Below, in pieces: positions 19,453 through 28,532 of a DNA stretch of 64,000 nt (positions are counted from its first letter, which is position 1; every line of letters starts with the position of its first letter). Where the stretch lies: assembly GCA_963740355.1 (NCBI GenBank), contig CAVUDW010000003.1:1664001-1728000 (forward strand). The letters run 5' to 3'. The position numbers and the translations under genes are program-made. The stretch is from an uncultured Gemmatimonadaceae bacterium (GTDB lineage Bacteria; Gemmatimonadota; Gemmatimonadetes; Gemmatimonadales; Gemmatimonadaceae). The notes under the pieces are model-generated. The model did no database searches, was not told the DNA's origin, and saw only the letters and a program-made list of their open reading frames with translations.

Positions 19453-19827
19453 ATGCCAAATCCGACATATCCTAAGCGAGCGAGCTGGGTCGACCGCCCC
19501 CTCGTGTGGCTGCACGGTGTGGTGAAAACACCTCCACTGACAACCGAAGCCAGAACCCAAGCGGGACAGCTCCTGCGTCGGCTGCAACGTGGAGAGAAGT
19601 TGCGATTGCCGCACGCGAGGCCAATGCCGGTGCTCGGGCCCCGTTGTGGCGAGTTGAGGATACCCGACGTCGCCGCCACGTGGCGCATCGTATATCGACT
19701 GGATCCGGATGCGGTGGTGATCGTCGACGTGTTTGCGAAGAAGACTGAGTCCACACCGAAGACTGTGCTCGAGACATGCGCCGCTCGTCTCAAACTCTAC
19801 GACAGGCTCTCCCAGAGCGTGAGGTGA
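19453..19827 (+). CDS. Type II toxin, RelE/HigB (phage Gp49-like) family; start codon uncertain
   Basis: PLVWLHGVVKTPP..LPHARPMPVLGPRCGELRI..WRIVYR..VFAKKT; directly upstream of an HTH gene. Confidence 0.82.
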   Translation: MPNPTYPKRASWVDRPLVWLHGVVKTPPLTTEARTQAGQLLRRLQRGEKLRLPHARPMPVLGPRCGELRIPDVAATWRIVYRLDPDAVVIVDVFAKKTESTPKTVLETCAARLKLYDRLSQSVR

Positions 19828-19828
19828 C

Positions 19829-20161
19829 ATGCGCAAGGCGAAACAGAAAGCACTCGAGTCTCACGGGTGGAAGGTGGGCTCCACCGAGGAATTCCTTGAC
19901 CTGACGCCAGAAGAGGCCGCGTTCGTGGAACTGAAGCTTCGCCTCAGCGACGCGTTGCATGCTCGACGCACCAAATTGCGCCTCTCACAGGAGCGGGTGG
20001 CAGAGCGACTTGGATCCAGCCAATCACGTGTGGCGAAGATGGAGACGGGCGACCCGTCGGTATCGCTGGATCTGTTGGTTCGCGCACTCCTAGGATTGGG
20101 CGCCACACCGAGCGATGTCGCGAAGGCCATGCACGCGCCGAAACGAACTGCAGCGGCATAG
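19829..20161 (+). CDS. XRE-family HTH antitoxin
   Basis: LSQERVAERLGSSQSRVAKMETGDPSVSLDLL; RBS gaggt. Confidence 0.88.
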   Translation: MRKAKQKALESHGWKVGSTEEFLDLTPEEAAFVELKLRLSDALHARRTKLRLSQERVAERLGSSQSRVAKMETGDPSVSLDLLVRALLGLGATPSDVAKAMHAPKRTAAA

Positions 20162-20203
20162 GTGGCTGACCGCACGGCGTCGAGGACCGCACAAAATCGA
20201 ATA

Positions 20204-20263
20204 CTACGGGAAAACCAGTTGACAACCGAAAACCCACCTGCCATACTACGGAAGAACCCGTAG
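20204..20263 (+). promoter_or_regulatory. Sigma70-type promoter with two BlaI-type operators
   Basis: TTGACA (20219-20224)-N17-CATACT; palindrome CTACGG-N6-CCGTAG at 20246-20263 and a degenerate copy at 20204-20221. Confidence 0.7.
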
Positions 20264-20277
20264 CCAAGGTGGCAGCA

Positions 20278-20655
20278 ATGGACGACCCGCTCTACTTCCC
20301 GCCCCGCGAACTGGCCGTCATGAGCATCCTCTGGCGCACCGGCGGCGCCACGGTGGCCGAGGTGAAGGACGCGCTCGAAGAGCCGCTCGCCTACACCAGC
20401 GTGCTCTCCGCACTGCAGACGCTCGAGGAGAAAGGCTACGTCACCCACGAAGCCGAAGGACGCGCCTACCGCTACCGCGCACTGGTCGCGGCAGAAAAGG
20501 CCGGTGACAGCGCCCTCGCCCGCGTCCGTGAATCGATCTTTCAGGGCTCGGCAGAGAAACTCTTCGCGCACTTCGTCGCCGACGAAAACCTCAGCCGCAC
20601 CGAGTTGGAGCGGATGCGCCGCCTGCTCGCCGACCGGCTCGGGGAGGACGCATGA
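20278..20655 (+). CDS. BlaI/MecI/CopY family repressor
   Basis: RELAVMSILW..ATVAEV..LAYTSVLSALQTLEEKGYV..GRAYRY. Confidence 0.93.
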   Translation: MDDPLYFPPRELAVMSILWRTGGATVAEVKDALEEPLAYTSVLSALQTLEEKGYVTHEAEGRAYRYRALVAAEKAGDSALARVRESIFQGSAEKLFAHFVADENLSRTELERMRRLLADRLGEDA

Positions 20656-22217
20656 TCGCCTGGTGGATTGCCCAACTCGCGCTCCTCGGCGCCCTGCTGG
20701 CGGTGGCCGCCTATGGCGCCGAAGCCGCGCTCAAGGTCGCTCGACGCCAGACACGGTGGGTGTGGGTCGCTGCGATGGGAATGACGCTGGCGCTGGGTGC
20801 GGTGGCGCCGACTCGCAGCACCAGCAGCACCAGCCCGTCGCGTGACTGGCAGGTCACCACCACCACGAACGGCGGCGCCACGATCGTCTCGACACGCGAC
20901 GGTTTCGCCGCCTCGATGCAGGCGGGCTGGCACGACCTCACAGCCAGGACGTCGGCGCAAGTACAGCGCGCCTGGAGTGTCTGGCACGACGTGATGCCCA
21001 ACGGCACCGAACGCTGGCTGCTGATCGCATGGGCAATCGCGAGTGCCGCATTGCTGATCGCCTTCGTCGCCGTACACCTCCGCTATCAGCGTCGCCGCAC
21101 GCAATGGCCACTCGGCGACGTGCAGGGCACGACCGTTCGCATCGCGAAGGACACCGGCCCGGCCGTCATCGGCGTCACCAGCGCCGAAATCGTGTTGCCG
21201 CAGTGGTTGCTCGGTCGCGATGACCGCGAACAACGCCTGGTGCTCGAGCACGAACTGGAACATGTGCGGCAGCACGATCCGCTGTTGCTGACCATCGCGC
21301 AGGCCGCCGTGATCCTGCTGCCCTGGAATCCCGCGATGTGGTGGATGGCCAGTCGGCTCCGCCTCGCCGTCGAACTCGATTGTGATCGACGCGTGCTGCG
21401 TCGCGGTGCCAGTGCCCGCGACTACGGCACCCTGCTGATCGACCTCACCGATCACCGCACCGGATTCGGTGCTGCGTTACCCGCCTTTTCCTGCTCGCCT
21501 TCAAATCTGGAACGGAGACTGGTTGCCATGACCCCGAAGCGCCTGAAGTACCCGCTGGTGCGTGCCCTTACCACCGGCGCGTTCGCGTCGCTGGCGCTGC
21601 TCGCCGCGTGTGAAGCGAAGCTGCCGACGTCGGATGAAGTGGATGCGATGACGGCGCGCACCGCCGTGAAGGCCGTGTCCGCAACCGGCATGATCGACAC
21701 CGCCAAGGTCACCTACTTCATCAACGATGTCGCCGTCAGCAAGGCCGAAGCAGACAAGGTGGCGGCCGAACGGATCGCGACGGTGAATGTGACCCAGAAA
21801 GGTGCCGAGGGCGGCGGCGAAGTCCGGCTGGTGTTGCGGAACCTGACCGTCCTCGACTCCACGCCACCGACGCGAGTGACGCTCGTTCGCACCGACCCGA
21901 CCCAGGTCACCCTCGCCACGCCGGGCGACACCGTGATGCTCTCGCCGGCATCGGGGACGATGAAGCGCATGTCGACACAGCGTGACACGGCCCTTCTCCG
22001 CCTCAAGCCGTCGGGCGAAAGCAAGCAACGCACCGGTTTCACTGGCCTGATGATCGTCGACGGCGTCATCACCGATCCCGCCATCGCGAACAGCATTGCC
22101 CCCGACCAGATCGTCGCGGTGGACGTGATGAAGGGCGCCTCCGCGACGTCGGCGTACAGCGATCCACGCGCCGTGAATGGCGTGATCAAGATCACGACCA
22201 AGAAGGCGAAGCCGTAA
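20652..22217 (+). CDS. BlaR1-like M56 metallopeptidase sensor with TonB-plug-like C-terminal domains
   Basis: GPAVIG; HELEHVR; ELDCDRRV; C-terminal IVDGV..IAPDQIVAVDVMKG..Y..RAVNGVIKITTK; ATGA coupling to the repressor gene. Confidence 0.9.
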   Translation: MIAWWIAQLALLGALLAVAAYGAEAALKVARRQTRWVWVAAMGMTLALGAVAPTRSTSSTSPSRDWQVTTTTNGGATIVSTRDGFAASMQAGWHDLTARTSAQVQRAWSVWHDVMPNGTERWLLIAWAIASAALLIAFVAVHLRYQRRRTQWPLGDVQGTTVRIAKDTGPAVIGVTSAEIVLPQWLLGRDDREQRLVLEHELEHVRQHDPLLLTIAQAAVILLPWNPAMWWMASRLRLAVELDCDRRVLRRGASARDYGTLLIDLTDHRTGFGAALPAFSCSPSNLERRLVAMTPKRLKYPLVRALTTGAFASLALLAACEAKLPTSDEVDAMTARTAVKAVSATGMIDTAKVTYFINDVAVSKAEADKVAAERIATVNVTQKGAEGGGEVRLVLRNLTVLDSTPPTRVTLVRTDPTQVTLATPGDTVMLSPASGTMKRMSTQRDTALLRLKPSGESKQRTGFTGLMIVDGVITDPAIANSIAPDQIVAVDVMKGASATSAYSDPRAVNGVIKITTKKAKP

Positions 22218-22405
22218 ACCCACGCGTCGCACTGTTGGGTTGATGATGGGTTGACTAGCGGGTTGATCGATCGCTCGACCGCTGGACCGACTGCCGGAGT
22301 GTTCGCCGTGGGATCTCTCCTCGGCTGAGCACTCCGGCAGTTATCGTTCCAGCGTCAGTGCTTTTCGCTTTTCGTTCCACTTCCGACCGACACGCAGGGA
22401 CTTCC

Positions 22406-23503
22406 GTGACCACCATCCGCGCCGCAGTGATGTCCGCCCCGCACGCGCCGATCGAGCTGCGTGAACTGCCGATGCCAGCACTCGGGCAGGGCGAAGCGAT
22501 GCTGCGCACGCTCTACTCGGAAGTCTGCGGCACCGACGTGCACCTGCACGAAGGACGATTGAGCGGCGTGCCCTACCCGATCATTCCCGGCCACGTCTCG
22601 ATCGGCCATATAGCGCAGCTACGCGGCACGATCACCGACATCGAGGGTGTGCCATTTCGCGAGGGCGATCTGGTCACCTTCCTCGACGTACACGAGACCT
22701 GCGGGCACTGCTACGAGTGCCTGGTCACGAAGCAGACCACGCGTTGCTCACACCGGAAAGTGTACGGTATCACATACGGTACGAAGGACGGCCCGCTCGG
22801 CGGTTGGGCCGAGCAGATCTGGATGAAGTCGGGCGTCAACATGCTGCGTATTCCAGCGGGCGTCGATCCGATTCGTTTCATGGCGGGCGGCTGCGGGCTC
22901 GTTACCGCGCTGCATGCGGTGGAACGCGCTGGCGTCCGGCTCGGGCATTCGGTGGCGGTGCTTGGTGTGGGTCCCGTTGGCCAGGCTGCGATCGCCCTCG
23001 CGCGGTTGAGTGGCGCTCATCCCGTGATCGCGATCGGCGATCCGACGTCACGCCGCGAGTTCGCCACCAGCATGGGCGCCACGGACACGATCGGTCTCGA
23101 CCTGCCCGCCGCCGAACGCGCTGCGCGAGTGCGTGAACTGACCGGCGGTCGTGGCGTGGACATCGTGATCGAAGCGGCCGGCGTTCCGGATGCCGTCACG
23201 CAAGCACTCGACCTCGTGCGCGACGGCGGTCGGGTCGTGGTCGTTGGCCAGTACACTGATGCCGGGACCACCACGCTCAATCCGCATCTGCAGGTCAATC
23301 GCAAACACGCCGAGATGCTGGGCTGCTGGGGCTGCGACTACTCACACTTTCATCGCGCACTGCAGGTGTTGGCCCATCAGGGCAATGCGCTGCCGTGGGA
23401 AGCGGGTATCACGGCACGTTTCTCGCTCGACCAGGCGAACGAAGCGCTGGCCGCAGTGGCGACACGCGCGGTGGTGAAGGCGATCATCACTCCGAACGCC
23501 TGA
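22406..23503 (+). CDS. Zinc-binding alcohol dehydrogenase (MDR family)
   Basis: VCGTDVH, PGHV, CGHCYEC..C, VLGVGPVG. Confidence 0.9.
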   Translation: MTTIRAAVMSAPHAPIELRELPMPALGQGEAMLRTLYSEVCGTDVHLHEGRLSGVPYPIIPGHVSIGHIAQLRGTITDIEGVPFREGDLVTFLDVHETCGHCYECLVTKQTTRCSHRKVYGITYGTKDGPLGGWAEQIWMKSGVNMLRIPAGVDPIRFMAGGCGLVTALHAVERAGVRLGHSVAVLGVGPVGQAAIALARLSGAHPVIAIGDPTSRREFATSMGATDTIGLDLPAAERAARVRELTGGRGVDIVIEAAGVPDAVTQALDLVRDGGRVVVVGQYTDAGTTTLNPHLQVNRKHAEMLGCWGCDYSHFHRALQVLAHQGNALPWEAGITARFSLDQANEALAAVATRAVVKAIITPNA

Positions 23504-23518
23504 GTATCGCCGCAACAC

Positions 23519-24193
23519 TCACGCGCCAGTCAGCACGCTCCACCCGAGCATCACGCCCACCACGGTGCTCGCGGTCGCGGCGGCGATACGAATCGACATC
23601 GCCCAGTGTTTGCTCTTCGCGATGGCCATCCCGGCCAATCCGCTGACCAGCAACGACACCACGCTCATGCCACCGATCGTGCCGACGCCGAACGCCAACA
23701 GGTAGGCGAACTGCGCGCGCAAGGTCGATGCGGCGGCCACCAGCAGCACGATCACCGCTCCGCTACCCGCCAAACCATGTGCGATGCCGAACCCGAAGGC
23801 GCCGCGCGCATTGCGGATCTTCTCGGGGTGCACATGGGCGATGTGCGCACTGTGCGCGTGGGCATGCGCATCTCCCAGTCCACCCCGATGCCGGCGCGCT
23901 TCCGCCACCAGCGTCGACACACCGAGCCCGATCAGCAAGGCCGCGATCGTCAACTCGAAGACGGCGTAGAAGGTCGGTGAGACCTTGATGCCGAGGATCG
24001 TTATCACGACCGTGACCAGCGCGACGCTGGCGGTGTGTCCGGCGCCCCATGCCAATCCAAGCGTCGCGGCTGAACGCCAGCCGCGCTCGCGCGACGCCAG
24101 CATGCTCACTGCGGCGAGATGATCGGGCTCGAACGCGTGGCGAAAGCCGATCAGGAAACCGATGCCCACGAAGGCGACGAAGCCGAAGTTCAT
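23519..24193 (-). CDS. High-affinity Ni/Co transporter (NiCoT/UreH-like)
   Basis: RHAFEPDH signature, His-rich loop, GIAHGLAGS; coupled to hypF. Confidence 0.85.
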   Translation of the reverse strand: MNFGFVAFVGIGFLIGFRHAFEPDHLAAVSMLASRERGWRSAATLGLAWGAGHTASVALVTVVITILGIKVSPTFYAVFELTIAALLIGLGVSTLVAEARRHRGGLGDAHAHAHSAHIAHVHPEKIRNARGAFGFGIAHGLAGSGAVIVLLVAAASTLRAQFAYLLAFGVGTIGGMSVVSLLVSGLAGMAIAKSKHWAMSIRIAAATASTVVGVMLGWSVLTGA

Positions 24194-26511
24194 GTGCGCA
24201 CCGGCATCGCGGCGATCATCGCCTGGCCAAGGGCCAGACCGCCGTCGTTGGGTGGCACGCGGCGATGTGTCAGGACCGTGAATCCCGATTGCCGCAGGCG
24301 GCGCACAGCGAGCGTGAGCAACAGCACATTCTGGAACACGCCACCGGTCAACCCCACCACCACGGTGCCCGTCGTTTCGCGCACGCGGCGCGCCACGGTC
24401 ACGATCGCGTCGGCCAGTGCGCTATGGACGTCGAGTGCGATACTGCGGCGATCACGCCCTTGGGTCAGGTCCTGCAGCAGGACGGTCCAGAAGTCTTCGA
24501 GAACGAGGTGCATGGGACCGGAATCGGGCTGATTGAGTGAAATGACGTAACGGCCCCCGAACCCGATTGGTGCCCGCATCGCCAGCGCCTCGAACTCGAT
24601 GGCCGCCTGCCCCTCGTAGCTCACCGACTGTCGAACATCGCAGAGAGCGGCACAGGCATCCAGCAAGCGGCCGGCGGAGGTTGTGACAGCCGTTTGCAAA
24701 CCCTTCACCAGCTGTTGCCTGAGCACGCGACGCGCTTCGTCGCCCAGCGCCTGCACCGGGGCCAAAGCGCTGCTCCACGGGAGCCCCGCTGACTGCAGAT
24801 GCGCCAGCGCGACCCGCGACGGATGCCGCACCGCAGCATCCCCGCCCGCCAGCTGCGTCGGCGCGATGTGCGCCACCCGCTCGAAGCCATGATAGTCAGC
24901 CAGCAGGAATTCACCGCCCCAGATCGTGCCATCGGTGCCAAAGCCCGTGCCGTCGAACGCCACGCCAAGAACGCGCTCCCTGCCACGCAGCCCATGCTCG
25001 GCCATCAGCGATGCCACATGCGCATGATGATGCTGCACCCGTCGTAGCGACAACCCGCGTTCGGCCGCGAAGCGTGACGCCCAGACGGTGCTGCGATAAG
25101 CAGGACTCAGGTCCGCCGCCACGATCTGCGGTCGCACACCGAACAGTTGCTGCAGGTGCACCACCGTGCGCGTCATCGCGCGTTCAGTCTCGAGGTTCTC
25201 GACGTCGCCGATGTGTGGTGACAGAAACGCATACGCATCGCGCGTCAGGCAGACCGTCGCCTTCAATTCGCCGCCAACCGCGAGCACCGACGGCACGCTC
25301 ACAGGCAGGGAGACGGGATACGGCGCGTAGCCGCGGGAACGGCGGATCGGCAGGTCGTCGCCAATCGCCACGCGCATGACTGAATCATCGGCCGGAGCGT
25401 GGATCGGGCGATCGTGCCACAACACGCCGTCCACCAATCCGGCGAATCGCGCGAACGCATCGTCGGGCGTGAATGCGATCGGTTCGTCCGCCAGGTTGCC
25501 GGATGTGAACACCAACGCTCCTGCCGCAGTGAGCAGCTGATGCAGCGGTGAGTAGGCGAGCATCACCCCGATCGTGTCGTGGCCAGGTGCGACCGGCGCC
25601 GCCAGCGGTGCATCGGCGCGGCGTGACAACAGCACGATGGGATGCGCAGGCGACTCGAGCAACACTGCTTCCGCACCTGAAATCGTCGCAATGCTGCGCG
25701 CGATCTCCAGTGAGCCAACCAAGACCGCCAACGGCTTGTCCGGCCGATGTTTGCGTGTGCGCAGCAGCTGAACGGCGCGATCATCATCGGCACGGCAGGC
25801 GAGGTGGAAGCCGCCGATCCCCTGCACCGCGATGATCTCGCCACGTCCCAGCGCATCGATCGCCTGATCGGCCGCCGCGGCATCACGTGCTTCCATGACC
25901 CCGGAAACTCCTGCGCACCACGCCAATCGCGGTCCGCAGGCCGGGCAGGCGTTCGGCTGCGCATGGTAGCGACGGTCAGCAGGATCGTGATACTCCCGCG
26001 CACAGTTCGGACACATCGTGAAGCCAGCCATCGTGGTGCGCGCGCGGTCGTAGGGCAACGCCGTCACGATGGTGTAGCGGGGCCCACAATTGGTGCAGTT
26101 GATGAACGGGTAGCGAAACCGACGATCAGCGGGATCGCGCAACTCGCGGAGACAGTCGGCACAGGTCGCGACATCCGGTGCGACCGGTGTGACCTGCGCC
26201 GCGTTTTCTCGACTGGCGACGATCACGAAACCCTGTGCCCCGGTGACCGGCAGTGCCGTGGCGTCTATCGACTCGATGCGCGCCAGGGGCGGTGCGTCCG
26301 CCCGCAAGGCTTCGAGGAAGGCCTCGAGCGCGATGGTTGATCCCTCCACCTCGATGAACACGCCATCGGAATCGTTGCCGACCAGCCCCGCCAGTTCGAG
26401 CCGCGAGGCAAGCCCGTGAACGAATGGCCTGAACCCAACGCCCTGGACACCGCCACGCAAGCGCACGGCGCACCGCGCGATCGGTGCGGATTCAGAGGTC
26501 GTGGCTGGCAT
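24190..26511 (-). CDS. hypF: Carbamoyltransferase HypF
   Basis: GGVQGVGFRPF acylphosphatase domain; CADC..CTNC and CPNC..CPAC; QHHHAH; PPNDGGLALGQ. Confidence 0.97.
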   Translation of the reverse strand: MPATTSESAPIARCAVRLRGGVQGVGFRPFVHGLASRLELAGLVGNDSDGVFIEVEGSTIALEAFLEALRADAPPLARIESIDATALPVTGAQGFVIVASRENAAQVTPVAPDVATCADCLRELRDPADRRFRYPFINCTNCGPRYTIVTALPYDRARTTMAGFTMCPNCAREYHDPADRRYHAQPNACPACGPRLAWCAGVSGVMEARDAAAADQAIDALGRGEIIAVQGIGGFHLACRADDDRAVQLLRTRKHRPDKPLAVLVGSLEIARSIATISGAEAVLLESPAHPIVLLSRRADAPLAAPVAPGHDTIGVMLAYSPLHQLLTAAGALVFTSGNLADEPIAFTPDDAFARFAGLVDGVLWHDRPIHAPADDSVMRVAIGDDLPIRRSRGYAPYPVSLPVSVPSVLAVGGELKATVCLTRDAYAFLSPHIGDVENLETERAMTRTVVHLQQLFGVRPQIVAADLSPAYRSTVWASRFAAERGLSLRRVQHHHAHVASLMAEHGLRGRERVLGVAFDGTGFGTDGTIWGGEFLLADYHGFERVAHIAPTQLAGGDAAVRHPSRVALAHLQSAGLPWSSALAPVQALGDEARRVLRQQLVKGLQTAVTTSAGRLLDACAALCDVRQSVSYEGQAAIEFEALAMRAPIGFGGRYVISLNQPDSGPMHLVLEDFWTVLLQDLTQGRDRRSIALDVHSALADAIVTVARRVRETTGTVVVGLTGGVFQNVLLLTLAVRRLRQSGFTVLTHRRVPPNDGGLALGQAMIAAMPVRT

Positions 26512-26636
26512 GGCGTCAGTCTGAGGCAGGGGGAATCCGTCAGGAATAGCAACATCGCGCTATAACACGCCGCCGTCCCCTCGAATACCGTAACGGACCA
26601 TCGCAGGCATCCCGGCAGGCACGGAGAGACACAATC

Positions 26637-27476
26637 ATGGCGTTCGCGCTCGCAGACGGGAACACGGAACGGCAGGAACAGCTGCTGGCGCGGCTGTCCG
26701 ACCCGCAAACCGTCGAGTCACTGAACAAGTTGCTCGACCGCATGGACATCATCGTGTTCGCCGTCGAGGCGCTCGATGGGTTCCTCGGCAGGGCGGACAC
26801 GATCGCCGACAACGTCGCCAACTCGGTGGGTGACCTTCGCACCCTGATGAGCGAGTCGGGGACCAATGGCCTGCTCGAGAAGCTGCCGCAACTGGCGCGG
26901 GCCGGCGCGCAGGTCGCTGACATCTCGGCAACACCAGCGTTCCAGCGCCTCGCGACCTCGGGATTGATTGACCAGCTCGGTGATCCCAAAACCATCGAGA
27001 CACTGCGGGCGCTGATCGGGAAGCTGGAGATGGCGGCCTTCGCGCTTGAATCGGTGGATGGATTCCTGCGGCGCGGAGACGAGATCGCCGACGGCCTCGC
27101 CGAGGGGGTGAACGACCTCCGCGGTGCCGGTGCGACGATCAACATGGTGGAAATGAAGCGGACGCTGGAGTCGTTGCCGAAGCTGGTGCAGGCCGGCAAC
27201 GAGTTGGTGGAATCCGGCATCCTCGACTCCGTGCCCAAGCTCGTCAATGCCGGTAACGAGCTGGTGTCGTCAGGCATTCTCGACCCCGTCGTGGTCGGGC
27301 AGCTGGCGGAAGTGGGGCATCTCTTTGCGAGTGCCTACAACACCGCCAAGGAAACGCACCCCAAGCAGCATGGTACACTTGGCCTGGCGCTGAAGCTGCG
27401 GGATCCGGACATCAACCGTGCCTTCAACTTCGCGCTTCGCCTCGCAAAGGCCTTCGGCCAGAACCTGAACAAGTAG
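26637..27476 (+). CDS. hucM: HucM/DUF1641-like helical membrane scaffold, internally duplicated
   Basis: C-terminal GLALKLRDPDINRAFNFALRLAKAFG (DUF1641-like); two L.DP....L..L......DGF..R.D.IA modules; first gene of the huc operon. Symbol rests on recalled similarity to mycobacterial HucM. Confidence 0.65.
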   Translation: MAFALADGNTERQEQLLARLSDPQTVESLNKLLDRMDIIVFAVEALDGFLGRADTIADNVANSVGDLRTLMSESGTNGLLEKLPQLARAGAQVADISATPAFQRLATSGLIDQLGDPKTIETLRALIGKLEMAAFALESVDGFLRRGDEIADGLAEGVNDLRGAGATINMVEMKRTLESLPKLVQAGNELVESGILDSVPKLVNAGNELVSSGILDPVVVGQLAEVGHLFASAYNTAKETHPKQHGTLGLALKLRDPDINRAFNFALRLAKAFGQNLNK

Positions 27477-27486
27477 CCCACCGCGC

Positions 27487-27834
27487 ATGCACGAGTTGGG
27501 AATGGCTCGCGGGATCGTGGATCTCGCGAATACGGCGGCGTCGGAAGCCTCGGCGCCACGCGTCACGGCGGTGCACGTGAAAGTGGGGCGCCTGGCCGGA
27601 GTCGAGGCCGGCGCCCTTCTGTTTTCCTTTGATATTGCCGCCGAGGGGACGCGCGTCGAAGGCGCGCGCCTCGTGATCGAGGATGTGGCGGTGGCGATCT
27701 GGTGCGTCCCGTGCAATGCTCAACGGGAGCTGGCCGGTGTACAACGCTTCCGCTGCCCGGTTTGCGACACCCCCAGCGGTGACATTCGCCGCGGCAAGGA
27801 ACTGGAAGTCTCTTCGATCGAGGTCGAATCGTGA
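27487..27834 (+). CDS. hypA: Hydrogenase nickel metallochaperone HypA
   Basis: MHELGMA; CVPC..CPVC; GKELEVSSIEV. Confidence 0.96.
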   Translation: MHELGMARGIVDLANTAASEASAPRVTAVHVKVGRLAGVEAGALLFSFDIAAEGTRVEGARLVIEDVAVAIWCVPCNAQRELAGVQRFRCPVCDTPSGDIRRGKELEVSSIEVES

Positions 27835-28532
27835 CGAGCACGCGTATCGTGGAAGTCCGCGCCGGGATCCTGAAGAAGAATGACGAACTGGCGCGTACCC
27901 TCCGCCAGCGGTTCGAGGATGCGGGCGTCTATGCGATCAACCTCGTCTCGAGCCCCGGTACCGGAAAGACGGCGCTTCTCGAGCGGACCATGCGCGAGCT
28001 GATCGCGAGCGGCGCGCGCGTAGCGGCTCTGGTCGGCGATCTCGAGACCGACAACGATGCCCAGCGCCTCGCACGCAGTGGCGCGGCCGTGAATCAGATC
28101 AACACCCATGGGCGCTGCCACCTCGAGGCGGAGATGCTGAACGAATACCTCGACGCGTGGGATCTCTCGGAAATCGACTATCTCTTCATCGAGAACGTCG
28201 GCAACCTGGTTTGCCCCTCGAGTTATGACCTGGGCGAGGCGACGCGGGTGGTGTTGCTCTCGGTGACGGAGGGCGAGGACAAGCCGCTCAAGTACCCGAC
28301 GATCTTCAACTCCGCCGACGTGGCGGTGATCACCAAGATGGACCTCGCGATCCCCTGTGATTTCGACGCGGCGGCGGCCCACGCCTCGATCGAATCGGTG
28401 CGACCGGGCATGCAGATTCTCGAGCTGTCCTCGAAGAGTGGTGCTGGCATGCAGGCGTGGATCGAGACCCTGGTCGCTGGCCGGCAACGATCACTGCGTG
28501 ACCGTGGCGTCGCCGCGCACGCGCCAGCGTGA
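27831..28532 (+). CDS. hypB: Hydrogenase nickel incorporation GTPase HypB
   Basis: SSPGTGKT, CHLEA, ENVGNLVCP, EGEDKPLKYP, TKMD. Confidence 0.97.
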   Translation: MTSTRIVEVRAGILKKNDELARTLRQRFEDAGVYAINLVSSPGTGKTALLERTMRELIASGARVAALVGDLETDNDAQRLARSGAAVNQINTHGRCHLEAEMLNEYLDAWDLSEIDYLFIENVGNLVCPSSYDLGEATRVVLLSVTEGEDKPLKYPTIFNSADVAVITKMDLAIPCDFDAAAAHASIESVRPGMQILELSSKSGAGMQAWIETLVAGRQRSLRDRGVAAHAPA

